From NCBI GenBank assembly GCA_951406725.2, contig OX597821.1, forward strand, positions 88,908,001 through 88,972,000: a stretch of 64,000 nucleotides of DNA, written 5' to 3'. Positions 11,307-24,381 of this stretch are shown piece by piece (positions within the stretch are counted from its first letter, which is position 1; every line of letters begins with the position of its first letter). The position numbers were made by a program, and so were the translations under genes. This DNA is from Octopus vulgaris (lineage: Eukaryota). The notes beneath the pieces were generated by a model. The model was given only the letters and a program-made list of their open reading frames with translations. It ran no database searches and had not been told where the DNA came from.

Positions 11307-13563
11307 CCATTCACGAAACAATGTATTTTATATCCCTCCTTCTCTATCTCTGTTCCCTTCTCCTTGCCTCTTATTGTACGTATGCGTGTATCCGTGCGTA
11401 CCCGTGAATATATTCATATATTTATACATATATATGTAAATACACAAATATATATGCATATGCTTGTGTACATGCATTCATATCTGCACAGACACACACG
11501 CTGACATACGCACATTCATAAATATATATATACATATGTATATGCGTGTGTGTGAAGTACGTGCGTGGGTGCTTGCGCGCTTAACCACATTCTTGTACGA
11601 TTCTCAATAAAGAACTGCATTATGAAACCGCAACATATATGTATGATAAGTATGTACGCAAGCGTGTATAAATATACATACATTTACATACATCTTTATG
11701 TGTATGTATATAATAAAAAAATATATATATATATATGTGTGTATGTGTATATGTATATATATATAGATATATATCTGAATTTATTCATACATACGTATAT
11801 ATTTACGCGTATACATATATGTACGCCCGTATTAGGTGTGTATGTATGTATGCATATTATCGCGCGCACATTCATGACTGAAGCTGCGAATGAAATGGCA
11901 AGAAATAGCTAACAGCTTTATTAAGAGAACTATAAGAAAACATTATAAATGGAGAATTACTCTTGTTCTTTTTAACGTCAGATTGAGTAACGATAAGTCT
12001 GTCTCACATTATCCTTCACACGATGCGCTGCACTACACTTCTCTATTAGAATACACTCTTTCTACATCTCTCTCACATTCACTATCTTCTGAGCTATGTC
12101 TTTGATAAAAATACATTTACGGTGTCACTTAATTTCCTTCGCTTTATCGTCTTTATTTTTACTTCTTCTCCCTTTTTGTTACTGTTGTTTGGTTTCTTTT
12201 GGCTCTATCTATTATTGTTTCTTTTTAATTTCACTTCTTTTCATCTCCATTTTATTATTTTCTCCTTTCTTTGTATCTTTTCTTCTTTCTTCTGTTATTT
12301 TTCTTATTCTCTTCTATATCTATTTTCATTTTCTTTCTTCTCATCTCCTGCAATTTGTATTCGCCTTTTTTTTCTTTCTTTTGAGTGGGGGGCTTTTTTC
12401 TTTCTTGGAAAAGATATAGTCATATTAAATAAAGAACAGCTTCTTCAGACAATTGGTTCTTCTCAACGAGATAATCTTATACTTGGCAGAAATGATTATC
12501 TTTATGAAAAAAAAAAAAACTCTTCAAATTTTATTTATTTACTTTCACTTTTACAAATTTGCTTCTATACTGCATATATTTAATATCAATCAAATTGATT
12601 TATGTTTTGGTAATAATCCAAATCTGCCGTAGCCCTTTCTCATTGTCTATTCATCGATTTAATAGCTCTTAAAATTAATATTTATATTTTGAGATTATCT
12701 GTAATGTGCTCAGTATTATGAAAATTTCATAACAAATTAAAGAAAATCATCTATGTGGCTCGTTTATTATGTGCAACAGAATAATGATGGCCACAGATAA
12801 GGTGGTTAGATGACTTACCAGACTTAGATTTCTGGAGACAATTTAAAGGATTCTGCATAGATATTAAAGATAACAAATAGATATTTTTTCAATAAAATTT
12901 CCACACACCACCTGACAATAGACCTCTTCTGCTTTTATTGGTATAATAATTTACTAATACTTAAGTAGTACGTGGTATTAGGTTAAAAGAGACAGTATTA
13001 ATATAGTGAAACTAACAAGATTGGTTACAGTATATTAATAAAAATTTAGGAATGCATACATTGAGAAAAGTCACTTATATTTGACTTCTGCAATGTCAGC
13101 TGCGTAATTTGCGTTGTAGAAATATTTTACGTACGTTTATTTTGCAATGATAAATAGGTACAACTGAAATAATAGCCAGCAAGTGTAAAAAAAAATTGGT
13201 TAAGTATTTCTCATTTAACTTCATGTACCTCGAGATTTAAAACAACCGAATGTGGAAGTGATAGTGTTCTGGCGAGGTAAAGTCAAGATAAAGCTAAAAA
13301 CTATTTTGTAAATTAGAACAGAATGCTCACGAATATGAGACTTTGAGCATATGTAAAAAAAAATCTGTGAGGTTTTGGGCAAAACTATACAAACACAGTT
13401 TATTAGTGGAGAATAAATGTTTATGGTGTGCTATTGAGAAGAAAGATTTGATTTTAGCGTTTTGGTAAAAATTGCTTTATCGAATTACTGCTGGCTTAAC
13501 TGTTGTCTGCCAATTCTAAACTCTAAAACACAATGGACAAACACACACACACACACAAACACA

Positions 13564-13605
<42 letters not shown>

Positions 13606-13730
13606 AACTTGTGTGTTTATGTCTGTATGTACCTCGGCCTAAGGCTATATCAGAAAACTGTTACACAAGATGTCTCACTGTGGAACTGAACCCGTCACCG
13701 TGTAGCTGACAAGCACAGCCATGCTGGCGC

Positions 13731-13796
<66 letters not shown>

Positions 13797-13868
13797 CTAT
13801 CTATCTATCTATCTATCTATCCATCCATCCATATATCTGTCTATCTGTCTGTCTGTCTATCTATCTAT
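13731..13868. repeat. (CTAT)n microsatellite
   Basis: Directly visible. Confidence 0.97.
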
Positions 13869-13933
13869 CGAAATTTAGATTCAGATGAATATGGTTGAGG
13901 CACCATAAAATTTTAAAATAAGGTGATTAAAAT

Positions 13934-14311
13934 CAAAATAAGCAACAAGCATATCTAGAGGTAATGCAGTACGATCGTTTCAAGCAACTCCATTTAATTG
14001 AAGAATGTAATCATTACATCTATTTAAATGCAGAGCAATCCTCGGCTGCATAAAGACATAGAATTTAATTAAATTAAAACAGATGGACACATTAGTATAA
14101 TTTTACCTAAAATCTCCAAGATGGTAAGGAGATTTTAGGTGAAATTGTACTTATGTGTCCCTCTACTTTAATTTGATTAAATTATATGTCTTTATGCAGC
14201 TGAGAATTGCTCTGCATTTAAATAGATGTGATGATTGCATTGTTCAATTAAATGGATTTGCTTGAAACGATCGTACTGCATTACCTCTGGATATCGTTGT
14301 TGCTTATTTTG
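13934..14311. repeat. Long fold-back: 184-bp arms, 10-nt loop; probable inverted Penelope pLTR remnant
   Basis: Arm 13934-14117 versus the reverse complement of 14128-14311 differs at about 17 positions by hand count. Each arm carries GAA-ACGATCGT-A, resembling an HHR 3' half. Confidence 0.92.
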
Positions 14312-14485
14312 GTCTCTCTCTCTCTCTCCTCACTCTCTCCTCTCTCTCTCTCTCTCTTTCTCTCTCTCCACCGCGGAGAACTATCGCCTCGGGCCGATCA
14401 AAAGCTTCCGACTGGATTTCGTTAGATGGAAACTGAAAAGAACCCATCGTAAATGCATACACACACACAAACAAACACATACACA

Positions 14486-14580
<95 letters not shown>

Positions 14581-14816
14581 AGAGATGTTATTCAACTTTT
14601 TGTATATCATAAAAGACCTTTCATAGTATAGAATAATTTCTTAGTCAGGAAAGGTGAAGGAAATTTTCAGAAAAAGAGAAACCACTTTATATAAACCGGC
14701 TACTATTAATAATTTTAGGTAACCGTTTCACCATTATATTGTATTATATAATATATCTTTACATTTTATTGCTAGCTTTCTTTGAATATATATATATATA
14801 TATGTAAAATAAATAA

Positions 14817-14869
<53 letters not shown>

Positions 14870-14871
<2 letters not shown>

Positions 14872-15261
14872 CGCAGGAGTGGCTGTGTGGTAAGTAGCTT
14901 GCTAACCAATCACATGTTTCCGGGTTCAGTCCCACTGCGTAGCATCTTCTGCTATAGCCCCGGGCCGACCAATGCCTTGTGAGTGGATTTGGTAGACGGA
15001 AACTGAAAGAAGCCTGTCGTATATATGTATATGTATATATGTATGTGTGTGTATGTGTTTGTGTGTCTGTGTTTGTCTCCCTAGCATTGCTTGACAACCG
15101 ATGCTGGTGTGTTTACGTCCCTGTCACTTAGCGGTTCGGCAAAGGAGACCGATAGAATAAGTACTGGGTTTACAAAGAATAAGTCCCGGGGTCGATTTGC
15201 TCCAGCATGGCCGCAGTCAAATGACTGAAACAAGTAAAAGAGTAAAGAGTAAAGAGTAAGA

Positions 15262-15262
<1 letters not shown>
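14870..15262 (+). mobile_element. SINE family A, near full length
   Basis: ggcgcaggagtggctgtgtggtaag A-box region, gggttcagtccc B-box, internal (TA)(TG) microsatellite, (gagtaaa)n tail. Confidence 0.93.
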
Positions 15263-15309
<47 letters not shown>

Positions 15310-18300
15310 ATATATATATATAGAGAGAGAGAGAAAGAGATGGGTATGTGCTTGTGTGTTTATGTTTATATTTTCTCTCCACCATCACTTAGAAATACAT
15401 ATATTTCTGAAACAAAGCGGTTCATCACAAAGGGTGCGACAGACTAAGTTTTTAAGAATTTATCTAGTACTAGGGTCAATTCATTCGGCTAAGATACTTG
15501 AAAGTGGTGCCCCAGCACCACCTTGAAGTATTTTAGCCAGCAGGCTGTAGTCTATTGACTAAAACAAATTTTGAAGAAATAAATAAATAAAAGACATTTA
15601 CTTTTCATGGATGTTTTCGAGTTGGGATTTCTGTAACGTCTGAAAGCATAATTATTATAATTGTATCATTTACTTCAATACATTTTATCTTTTGATTTAT
15701 AACGTTCTTAATGATGCGTTCAGCTATCCTATAGTTAGTGTGCATTAGATACATTTGTATTTTAACTTGTGTATTTGCTAATATAGGATTCGCATTGTAT
15801 TTGATGTATTGTTCTATGGACATCTCCGTTTGCTATAATACTGGTTGTTGATTAGTTATTCATCAATAACTTTTCATGGAAAGAGTCAGTTTGTATAATA
15901 AACGCATGCAATAAAAAATTCACTAACATAATAAGTTTTGCTATAACCGCAGGCGCCACGCTTGTTCAGGTGAGGATGCAGTCCATTTAATGGAGCCGAG
16001 TTATTTGAAAGATAAATAGTTTAATCAAAGCTTGAGATCGTCGTGGAAAGCGAACGTTGAATCTGACATCTCTGGGATTTGGGCTGGAAGAACGTTAAGC
16101 GGTTTATCTTGACATCCCTAGGTATATAGAGTGACACTCTATTATCTTTACCACTCAAAAGCCTTTAGAATTACCTCAGATTTGAAAGTGATTATGATGA
16201 CAAAACACCAACGACGAAAATGGTTTTTTAGTGTTAAGACTCTCGGGCAAATATTTCGTTTGAAATCAATAAAAATGTTTCCCAACTTAAGCTCAAGGCT
16301 GCACAAGTTTTTAGATTGAACTGTGAATTATGTAGCCTGTAAGTGCATATTCTTAGTTGTATTTAGAAGACGCTTCGGGCACTCTCGAATGAGGCGTAGA
16401 ACGTCTAGAACTCCAGGCTTGAGTGTTTCAACAGAGTGCAACAAATTCAACAGATATCAGTCAATGAGTGAAAAGCCCCAAGCACTACATTTATTAATTC
16501 TTGCTATCGTTGAAAATGTTCGACAATCTACAAATTGTTTCAGTCTCTTATCATTTTCTTTCGGAATCTGGAATTTTACCTGGACATCAACAGTGGAAGA
16601 ATGGAAAGTAAAATTAGCATTGGCTAAATTACGCCTCAGAATATATTGGTGTACTAATAAAAGCTTTAAAATTTTATTTAAAAATTTGTATTGCAGTTTT
16701 TGTTTTCCGGTGCACTGTTTATTTTGAAGATGTATGGCAATTTAGAAATAATTTCTGAAAGAGGCATATGGCCAGAAGTATGAGAAGGTCTTATTTCATT
16801 ACATAGACCTTCGTACTTCAAAGCTACTTTACTTTATTTAATCCAGAAGGAAGGCAAATTTGAAACTAACGTCGGCTTAGTTCAAGCTCAGAACGATAAT
16901 GGCTAATACTAAATCCTCCAGTTCATTATATATGCTCGCTCTTGTTGATGATTAAAATACGCAGACGTTTTTCTATACCGAAATGATGCTGAATATCATA
17001 CAGGACAGGAAAAGAGGAAAACAAAGAGTCTGTTACAGCCAAGCATTTCTCAGGGAATCAACTCAACGTCAATATAATGAAATAGGCTATAACAGATATT
17101 GTAAAACGCATCAGAGTTTCAATTTGTCGGCAGCTTAAAACAAGCTTTAACAATCAGGGTCGTTGGAAAATTCTTACGTAATATTCTTCCAGTTCTAGCA
17201 GAATTATTCTTCAGCTTTCTCTCGTCCTTCAGAAAACTCAACCATGCTGGTTCTATTTGTGCTGGAGTGGTAAGAACGAATTGCAAACACTTAATCCAAA
17301 CACAAAAGCAGCGATGCAGCGCAAAACCAAAAATATTTCTTCACAGATTGTTCTTCAATGTTTTTCATTCGTATGCCGCCGTTCTTTATCCGTTTCTGAT
17401 TTCATTTTTATTTTATATATTTATTGTTAAGCAGAAAACAGCATTCAACAGCTTGAGAAAAACAAAAATAAACGTAAAGGCAGCGCAAATACCATCATTG
17501 GTGCTGCGGATCACTGTAATTCAGTTGTATTTAGATGGCTGTTGCTCACATGTACACATACACGTTTTGGGTATGATTGTCTTTTCTGTGTGTGTGTGAG
17601 TAATCGAGAATGAAGGTGTTACTGTGTGGGTGTGTGCATGTGGTGTTGAATGCGCGTGCTTTGTGTTTGCATGTATGTGTTACTAATTCGAATGGAGTAT
17701 AAAAGAAAACCATGGATGACTATGTAGTTGAGTGGTTTCTCTTCTTGTGTTAGAGTGTTCTGTTCAGAAATATGCACTTTAGCTCGTGAACTACTGAAAA
17801 GAAGACAAATGACAGCTACTTGGGATATTCTCATACAGAAACAATGACAAAAGAATGAAAAATATTAAAGATAAAACACCGAGAAAAAAAAAGTAAAAGT
17901 AAGTAGACAGTATAAATGCATTGCGCCATTCGTTGTTCAAGAAGACATTATTTAGATCTGTGCTGTTAAAACAAACAAATTTTTTAGGGAAAGTAAAAAG
18001 ATAAAAAAAGTATCCTTTAAAATATAACAATGCGACTCGATCTTATTTTAGTAACCAATAGCAATGGTTACTGAAGTTCAAGGTTAGAGTAGAAAAAATG
18101 TAGGAGTTGTATCGTGTACTGAGGAATTATGGATTATTGTGTTCACCTTCATCATTTCTCTATTTTCACCTGTCTCATCTTATGGACTGTAATTAAATTA
18201 TGTAACGAAGGAAACGAATGAAAATATAAAAAGCGAAGACGATTTTCCCCTTGGGCAGATACCAATAATTAAGATTTCTAAAAGTGAGAATGTCCATGTG

Positions 18301-19538
18301 TCACGAGAAGTTCATCAGGAGATGAGAAACAATATTTTTACTTTTGTAGACCTTCCGCGATGTTCCGATTTTTCAGTTGGTGAAGGGCATCGTTTGCGGA
18401 AGGGAGGCCTGGTTTGAGCAATCGAAAATATATGTAGCAATGTAAACACCTCGAATAGCATCGTCAAGTAGCATAGTTATTTAAACATTGTGCATGAGTT
18501 TAAGCCTCACCAATTGTGTCCAATTGTGTTGCCTATTGTATCCCTGGTACTTCATTATTTTTATTTTTCCGTATTCGTGAAATAAAATTGATGCAGTTGT
18601 ACTTGAAGAGATACGCATTAGGTAACTCGGAAATCAGATCGTATCAAAACCATCTCTTTATAATAGATGCACTATTTCTCTGTACCGCTTTTATAACTCC
18701 TTGCGTAACTGCTTCTTAACTTGCTATAATATTGATTGTTATGATGCTGTATGTCTATAGGAAAGGTACAGTTGTCATTTAACTTACCGCCTTCTTGTGA
18801 TTTTAGAAATAAATGACAACTAAGATCCTCAAACGTAAGTAGAGAATATAAATTGGGTGTGCGTGGGTTTTGGTCTCCCAGTGCGATAAATTCGACAACC
18901 TTTTCTTAAACGTAATATATCTTCAGCATATTTTGCACGCCCGACGAAAGATGGCAGGTCTGTGCCGCCATCACATCTCGTACACACCAATAGGGTTGAT
19001 AATTTTGATTGCTAGCAGTGCGCTCAGATCATCGGGAGTTTAATTTACCATCTTAGTTATTTACAGTACTATAAGATATATTCGTCTACTCACCGACAAC
19101 TGGGCAGAGATTTCGAGCTTATTAGATACATATAAACATTCAACTTAGGCAGTGTTTGCCATAGTCAGATAGGTTGTGATGACTGAAATGAGGGTGGGCA
19201 AGTTACCATGTTAGATAAAATTAACATAGTTTGAAGCATTGTAAACTAATCAAAAGCCATGGTAAAGAAAGTATTATATAAATACAAGCACTGATTTATT
19301 TTTGTGTTAAAAAAGAGGGGTAGCAAACAATTTGTTTGGTTATAGTTTTTCGTCAAGAAGAGGGTTGTATTTTTTTAGTTTTAGAATAACTAAGCTAATG
19401 GAATTACTAACATTGAAATGATTCTCTATCCTACTTCATGTACTGAGCGGTGTTTCATTATTGTAACTATTAACATCTTATTAGACTGAACGAGAGAAAT
19501 TTCCGAATATACGTGTGAGTGTGTGTCTTTATAACAGA

Positions 19539-19933
19539 CTAGCAGTATCGCCCGGCGTTGCTCGGTTTTGTTTCGACCCTTTAGAATTGAAATTTTTGAA
19601 AAATAAAAAATTTGCATTATGTAGCTTGTTATTCTCTTTAAGTGAACATTTTTCTGGTTGAAATACACCGAAAATGGCGACACAGCAGTCAAAAAATAGT
19701 ACAAAATAGGGGTTTTCATAGAAAAAAAGCACCTTTTTGATGTAAATAAGTTTTTGTGTTAACATGGTCCAATTTGAAATGTTTCTTCTACGGAAGGAAG
19801 AGCAAGCCTTCTACTATCATACTCTCAATTTTGGTCAACATGCGCCGCAGGGTCTTGGAGGAGTTAGTGTTAGTTGAAGGCTACCAAACCTGCCATACAC
19901 AGACAACTTCAGCTTTATATATAGAGAGAGAGA
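19539..19933 (-). mobile_element. Non-autonomous Helitron
   Basis: Minus strand starts TC(TC)nTATATATAAAGC and ends with a GC-rich subterminal hairpin (ccgagcaacgccggg) then CTAG. Inserted between A and T with no TSD. Confidence 0.88.
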
Positions 19934-20917
19934 TATACAATACTGTATTGGTTAGTAACATGAATAGAAATATCAACTCTTCGCTTAGTACACAAATACT
20001 CTAACCGCAGCCCATTTGTGACAGTGAATGTGTGCAGGAATGGAAATGAACGAGAAACAATTAAATTTATTCAACAGTATTGAAAAACTACTAAAGATAT
20101 TCAAAGGCTGCATAGATGTTCTAGATGCGCGATCAAATGCAGATGTGAGTGTCATGTCAAAAGGAAATATAATAAGTCTCTCTTTATTCGTTGTGATTCT
20201 GAAATTTCTCTACTGATATCGGTTATAAAAGCAAGTTTATTCGTCAATCGGATTGAGTAGGCAATAAAATGTTGGCTACAGTCGACGTTGGAATTTCATA
20301 GGATTTTAAAAGCTAAATAGAATTAAGACTCGGATTTATACTCATCCATTTTAGTTTCACTTATTAATTAATGTTATTCTAGACTGAGTAGTATGAAATA
20401 TGCACAGATGATGTTTACATTTGAAAATCATGCATTGGAAACCTTCTGAAAGCTTCTGAGAGATTTTCTCAATAACAGCTTCCATTAATCACTCCATTCT
20501 CCAACACTACATCACTCTCCCCCCCCACACACACACAGCAATCTAAGACATGAGATAAACTGATATTATTAGTCTGGTTTATTTGACTGCTGTTGTAATT
20601 AGTTGATACCAGGATATCAACACACAGGGACGTTCGGAAAATAAAGGACAAGGTTTCATTGTCTTTTTATTTATAATTCTATCCTCTCTATTCCATTTTT
20701 TCTTCATATTTCTCCCCGCTAAATCTAGTTGTGATATCGGTCTTTGGGTGGGAAATGTCTTACGTATGGCCTAACGACTTAAACGTTACCAATTACATCT
20801 TATTTCCCATTTTGAGTTCAAATCTCATCCTAGTCAACAATACTTCTTGATTTTTTTCCATAATCAACAAAACAATTACTTGTCCAGTGCTGGGCTTAAT
20901 GCAATTGATTATAATCA

Positions 20918-21212
20918 AGGCGGCGAGCTGGCAGAAACGTTAGCACGCCGGGCGAAATGCGTAGTCGTATTTCATCTGCCGCTACGTTCTGAGTTCAAAT
21001 TCCGCCGAGGTCGACTTTGCCTTTCATCGTTTCGGGGTCGATGAAATAAGTACCAGTTACACACTGGGGTCGATATAATCCACTTAATCCGTTTGTCTCT
21101 CCTTGTTTGTCCCCTCCGTGTTTAGCCGCTTGTGGGTAAAGAAATGGGTATTTTCGTCTGTCACTATGTTCTGAGTTCAAATTCCGCCGAGGTCAACTTT
21201 GCATTTCATCTT
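20918..21212 (+). mobile_element. SINE family B full copy followed by a partial second copy
   Basis: Near-identical to 8353; 21150-21212 repeats the gttctgagttcaaattccgccgaggtc segment. Confidence 0.9.
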
Positions 21213-23347
21213 TTAGAAAGTCCTTCTAATTGTGACTTGTTCATCAATTATCAAACTTTTATTTAATGTGTTTCCTTTTTCTACCAAGTTACTTGAGTAA
21301 ATCTTGGATGTTTCTAGCAGAAGTATAACTGTATGCAGGTTCTTAATTCGTATTATGCTGTCTTTTCTTGATGAAGTGAAAACTTTAATTCTCAGCGTGT
21401 CAGTGCGTATGAGCATGTGTAGACGAGTGAACAAATACTGTGATACCACGTATGCAGTAATATCACATGTACTGTCGAAGAATTTGTTTTGCAAAGCGAA
21501 ATTGTACTTTAGTAAGGTCCACGATACTAAATGCAGTAGATTACTTGTTGTTACGCTCCCTGTCAGCTCTGAACGTGGAGATCTATGACTGGTAACCAGT
21601 CATAGTGTATTTACGAGTAGGATATCTGATGTGTCCTTTTTCTAGAACTGTAGTGTATCATTTGAAGTGGAATTCCTTGCTGTTTTTAACAGCGATAGCA
21701 AACAGATTGAGATTCTCCTTTAATTTGTATGATTGTGAAATGCTAATATAAGAGATGTCAAACAAAATAGAAAAAAAAGCATATCACTTGATAGCTAATT
21801 AAAGCCATTTCCAATACTACTGGTAGCCAAGGCTAAATTAAAATAATCGCCAAGTGTGCTTAAATCTGGGGCTATCACGCAATTTTTGAACAACTTTGAT
21901 ATATTTTTAAAATCCTACTGAAAACCTGAAAACTTAAGAAAGAGAATGAGTAGAGACATTCCCAGAACAAGCGAAGAATAAAGAAGCGATGGCAAGGTAA
22001 TATGTAGGGGGTCGTTTGTGATTATGACCTGTCACGTGATATAGCGTGGAAGAGTTCAATGTTTTAAAGATAACTGATTTATTCGTTGATAAGTATAATC
22101 ATAAAAGTATAGATATCTTGTTAGCAAGTTAATTATAATTTTTTGATGACTGGCGCACAGCAGTGTTTTGCTAGAAGCAAAAACAGCTTTAGAAAACACT
22201 AGAGGGTGTTCATTGTACTGGCGCCGGTCCTGCGGGTGACTTATGTCAGAAAAAGTTAAATGAAAATAACGCTCAACATAAACTATCATTAACCTTTAAC
22301 ACTTGGAAACGAGTAAAACATGTGTCAGTAACAATACTTAATCCGAAGAAGATTATCCAGTAACGGATACTGCTACGACCGATATTGTAATGGATGCTGT
22401 TGCTGAAAATGAAGTAAAAGAAACGGAAACATTTAAATAAAACTCAAAAACAGTTTAATTCCTAATTCAAATATGGATAAGGTGCGAGCACATTTAAAAT
22501 TAAAGTCTCATTGTTAACGAAATTATAAAACCTTGTTAGTTCCAACGCAAATTATCAGGGATGTTTCATAAGGGTGTAAAGTGTTTTAAGTAAATTAGTG
22601 CCTCGAAATACAATAATGAAAATTTAATAATTTTAACCGCCAAAAGTTTTATACGACTATTCGAATGTATTTCATGAATGTTTTTTACTATAGAGACAAG
22701 GTCCAAAATTTGGTGGAAGAGGCCAGTCGATTACATCAAGATCCTTTTTACTTGTTTAATTTTTTAGTGGTTTCAGTCACTGGACTGCGGCCAAGCTGGT
22801 GTGTGGTGTGTTGCTTTCAAAGGTTTAAGTTGAAAAAAAACGACAGATGTTGATATATATTGCATTGGAAATTGTAAAATATCCGGATCTAAGTAAACAG
22901 ACATCGGCTGTCGAATAGAAAAAGATAAGGACAAAAAGGCACACACAAAGACATACACAGGCAAACGTACGGACGCACGCACACACAAACATGCTAGCGA
23001 TGTGCAGTTTCGGACTCCAAATTCACATATTCCGCATAAATCAAATTTGTTCATCCGCTTGATCAAATTAATATAGATATAAAATTACCCACTGATAATT
23101 TTTCATACCCATTTGATCAAAAGTGAATGTATGCAATTCAGAATACATGAGTTGCATAAATTGTCTGGTAAAGAGTATGTTCTGAGTGGTCAACTTAAAT
23201 GTTAATCTTCAGAGAACTTCTGTAATTCTGGAAAAATTTGCAGGTGCAATATATAATCAGTTTATAAACTGATGCACACATATTTAAGAAGGAATATGTT
23301 TACATCAACAGTTGGTTTTCTTTTGTTTTTATTTTGAAAAATAATGC

Positions 23348-23532
23348 TTTTTACTATAGAGACAAGGCCCAAAATTTGGTGGAAGAGGCCAGTCGATTAC
23401 ATCAATTCCAGTGCTCAAAGGATGAAATGCAAATATGACTTAAGCCATATTTGAAATCAGATCATAAATACAGACGACAAGACGTTAAGCATTCAGTCCA
23501 GCGTGCTAACGATTCTGCCAGTTCGCTGCCTT
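23348..23532 (-). mobile_element. Diverged SINE family B-related copy
   Basis: gtcgattacatc...cgtgctaacgattctgccagttcgctgcc is the reverse complement of the family-B head and body. Confidence 0.75.
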
Positions 23533-23980
23533 TGTGGAAAATAATACAAAATATATAAGGTTCACCCATTGCACCCATAGTATTTTGATTTTGTCTTTAA
23601 AATGAATTGGTGGAAATGTACGCCAAGTTGTTGAAGTCTTTGAAGAAATGAGAGTATTGCACTGAATAGGTAACATATCCCCTGTTTGATCATATCAGCA
23701 TCGCATCCAGTAAAGTATGCTGAATTTTCAACTCAGAGGAAACAGAATCTAAAATATCGGCTTCGTTTTGTGAAGAAAAATATAACGCTATTTTCCTGGA
23801 AAGTTTGGTCGTAAACCATCCAAGCATTTCAATTTGTATTTACTTTCTGAAATACATACAATTCTAAAAGATACAATTGCAATGACAGATTCAGTTCCTA
23901 TGATATCGCATTTAATGTGACATCAAATCTAATGATCTCTAACTTAAAATAACTCGCTGTTTGAAGCAAAATGTACACAT

Positions 23981-24381
23981 GAGTGGCTGTGTGGTAAGTA
24001 GCTTCCTAACCAGCCACATGGTTCCGGGTTCAGTCCCACTGCGTGGCATCTTGGGCGAGTGCCTTCTGCTATAGCCCCGGGCCGACCAATGCCTTGTGAG
24101 TGGATTTGGTAGACGGAAACTGAAAGAAGCCTGTCGTATATATGTATATATATATATGTATGTGTGTGTGTTTGTGTGTCTGTGTTTGTCCCCCTAGCAT
24201 TGCTTGACAACCGAAGCTGGTGTGTTTACGTCTCCGTCACATAGCGGTTCGGCAAAAGAGACCGATAGAATAAGTACTGGGCTTACAAGGAATAAGTCCC
24301 GGGGTCGATTTGCTCGACTAAAGGCGGTGCTCCAGCATGGCCGCAATCAAATGACTGAAACAAGTAAAAAAAAAAAAAAGA
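23981..24381 (+). mobile_element. SINE family A, near full length
   Basis: Near-identical to the 50448 copy, with an A-rich tail. Confidence 0.93.

Noticed and set aside
12096-12583. Hydrophobic F/L/S-rich ORFs resembling membrane proteins
   Set aside because: T-rich low-complexity DNA that is open in two overlapping frames.
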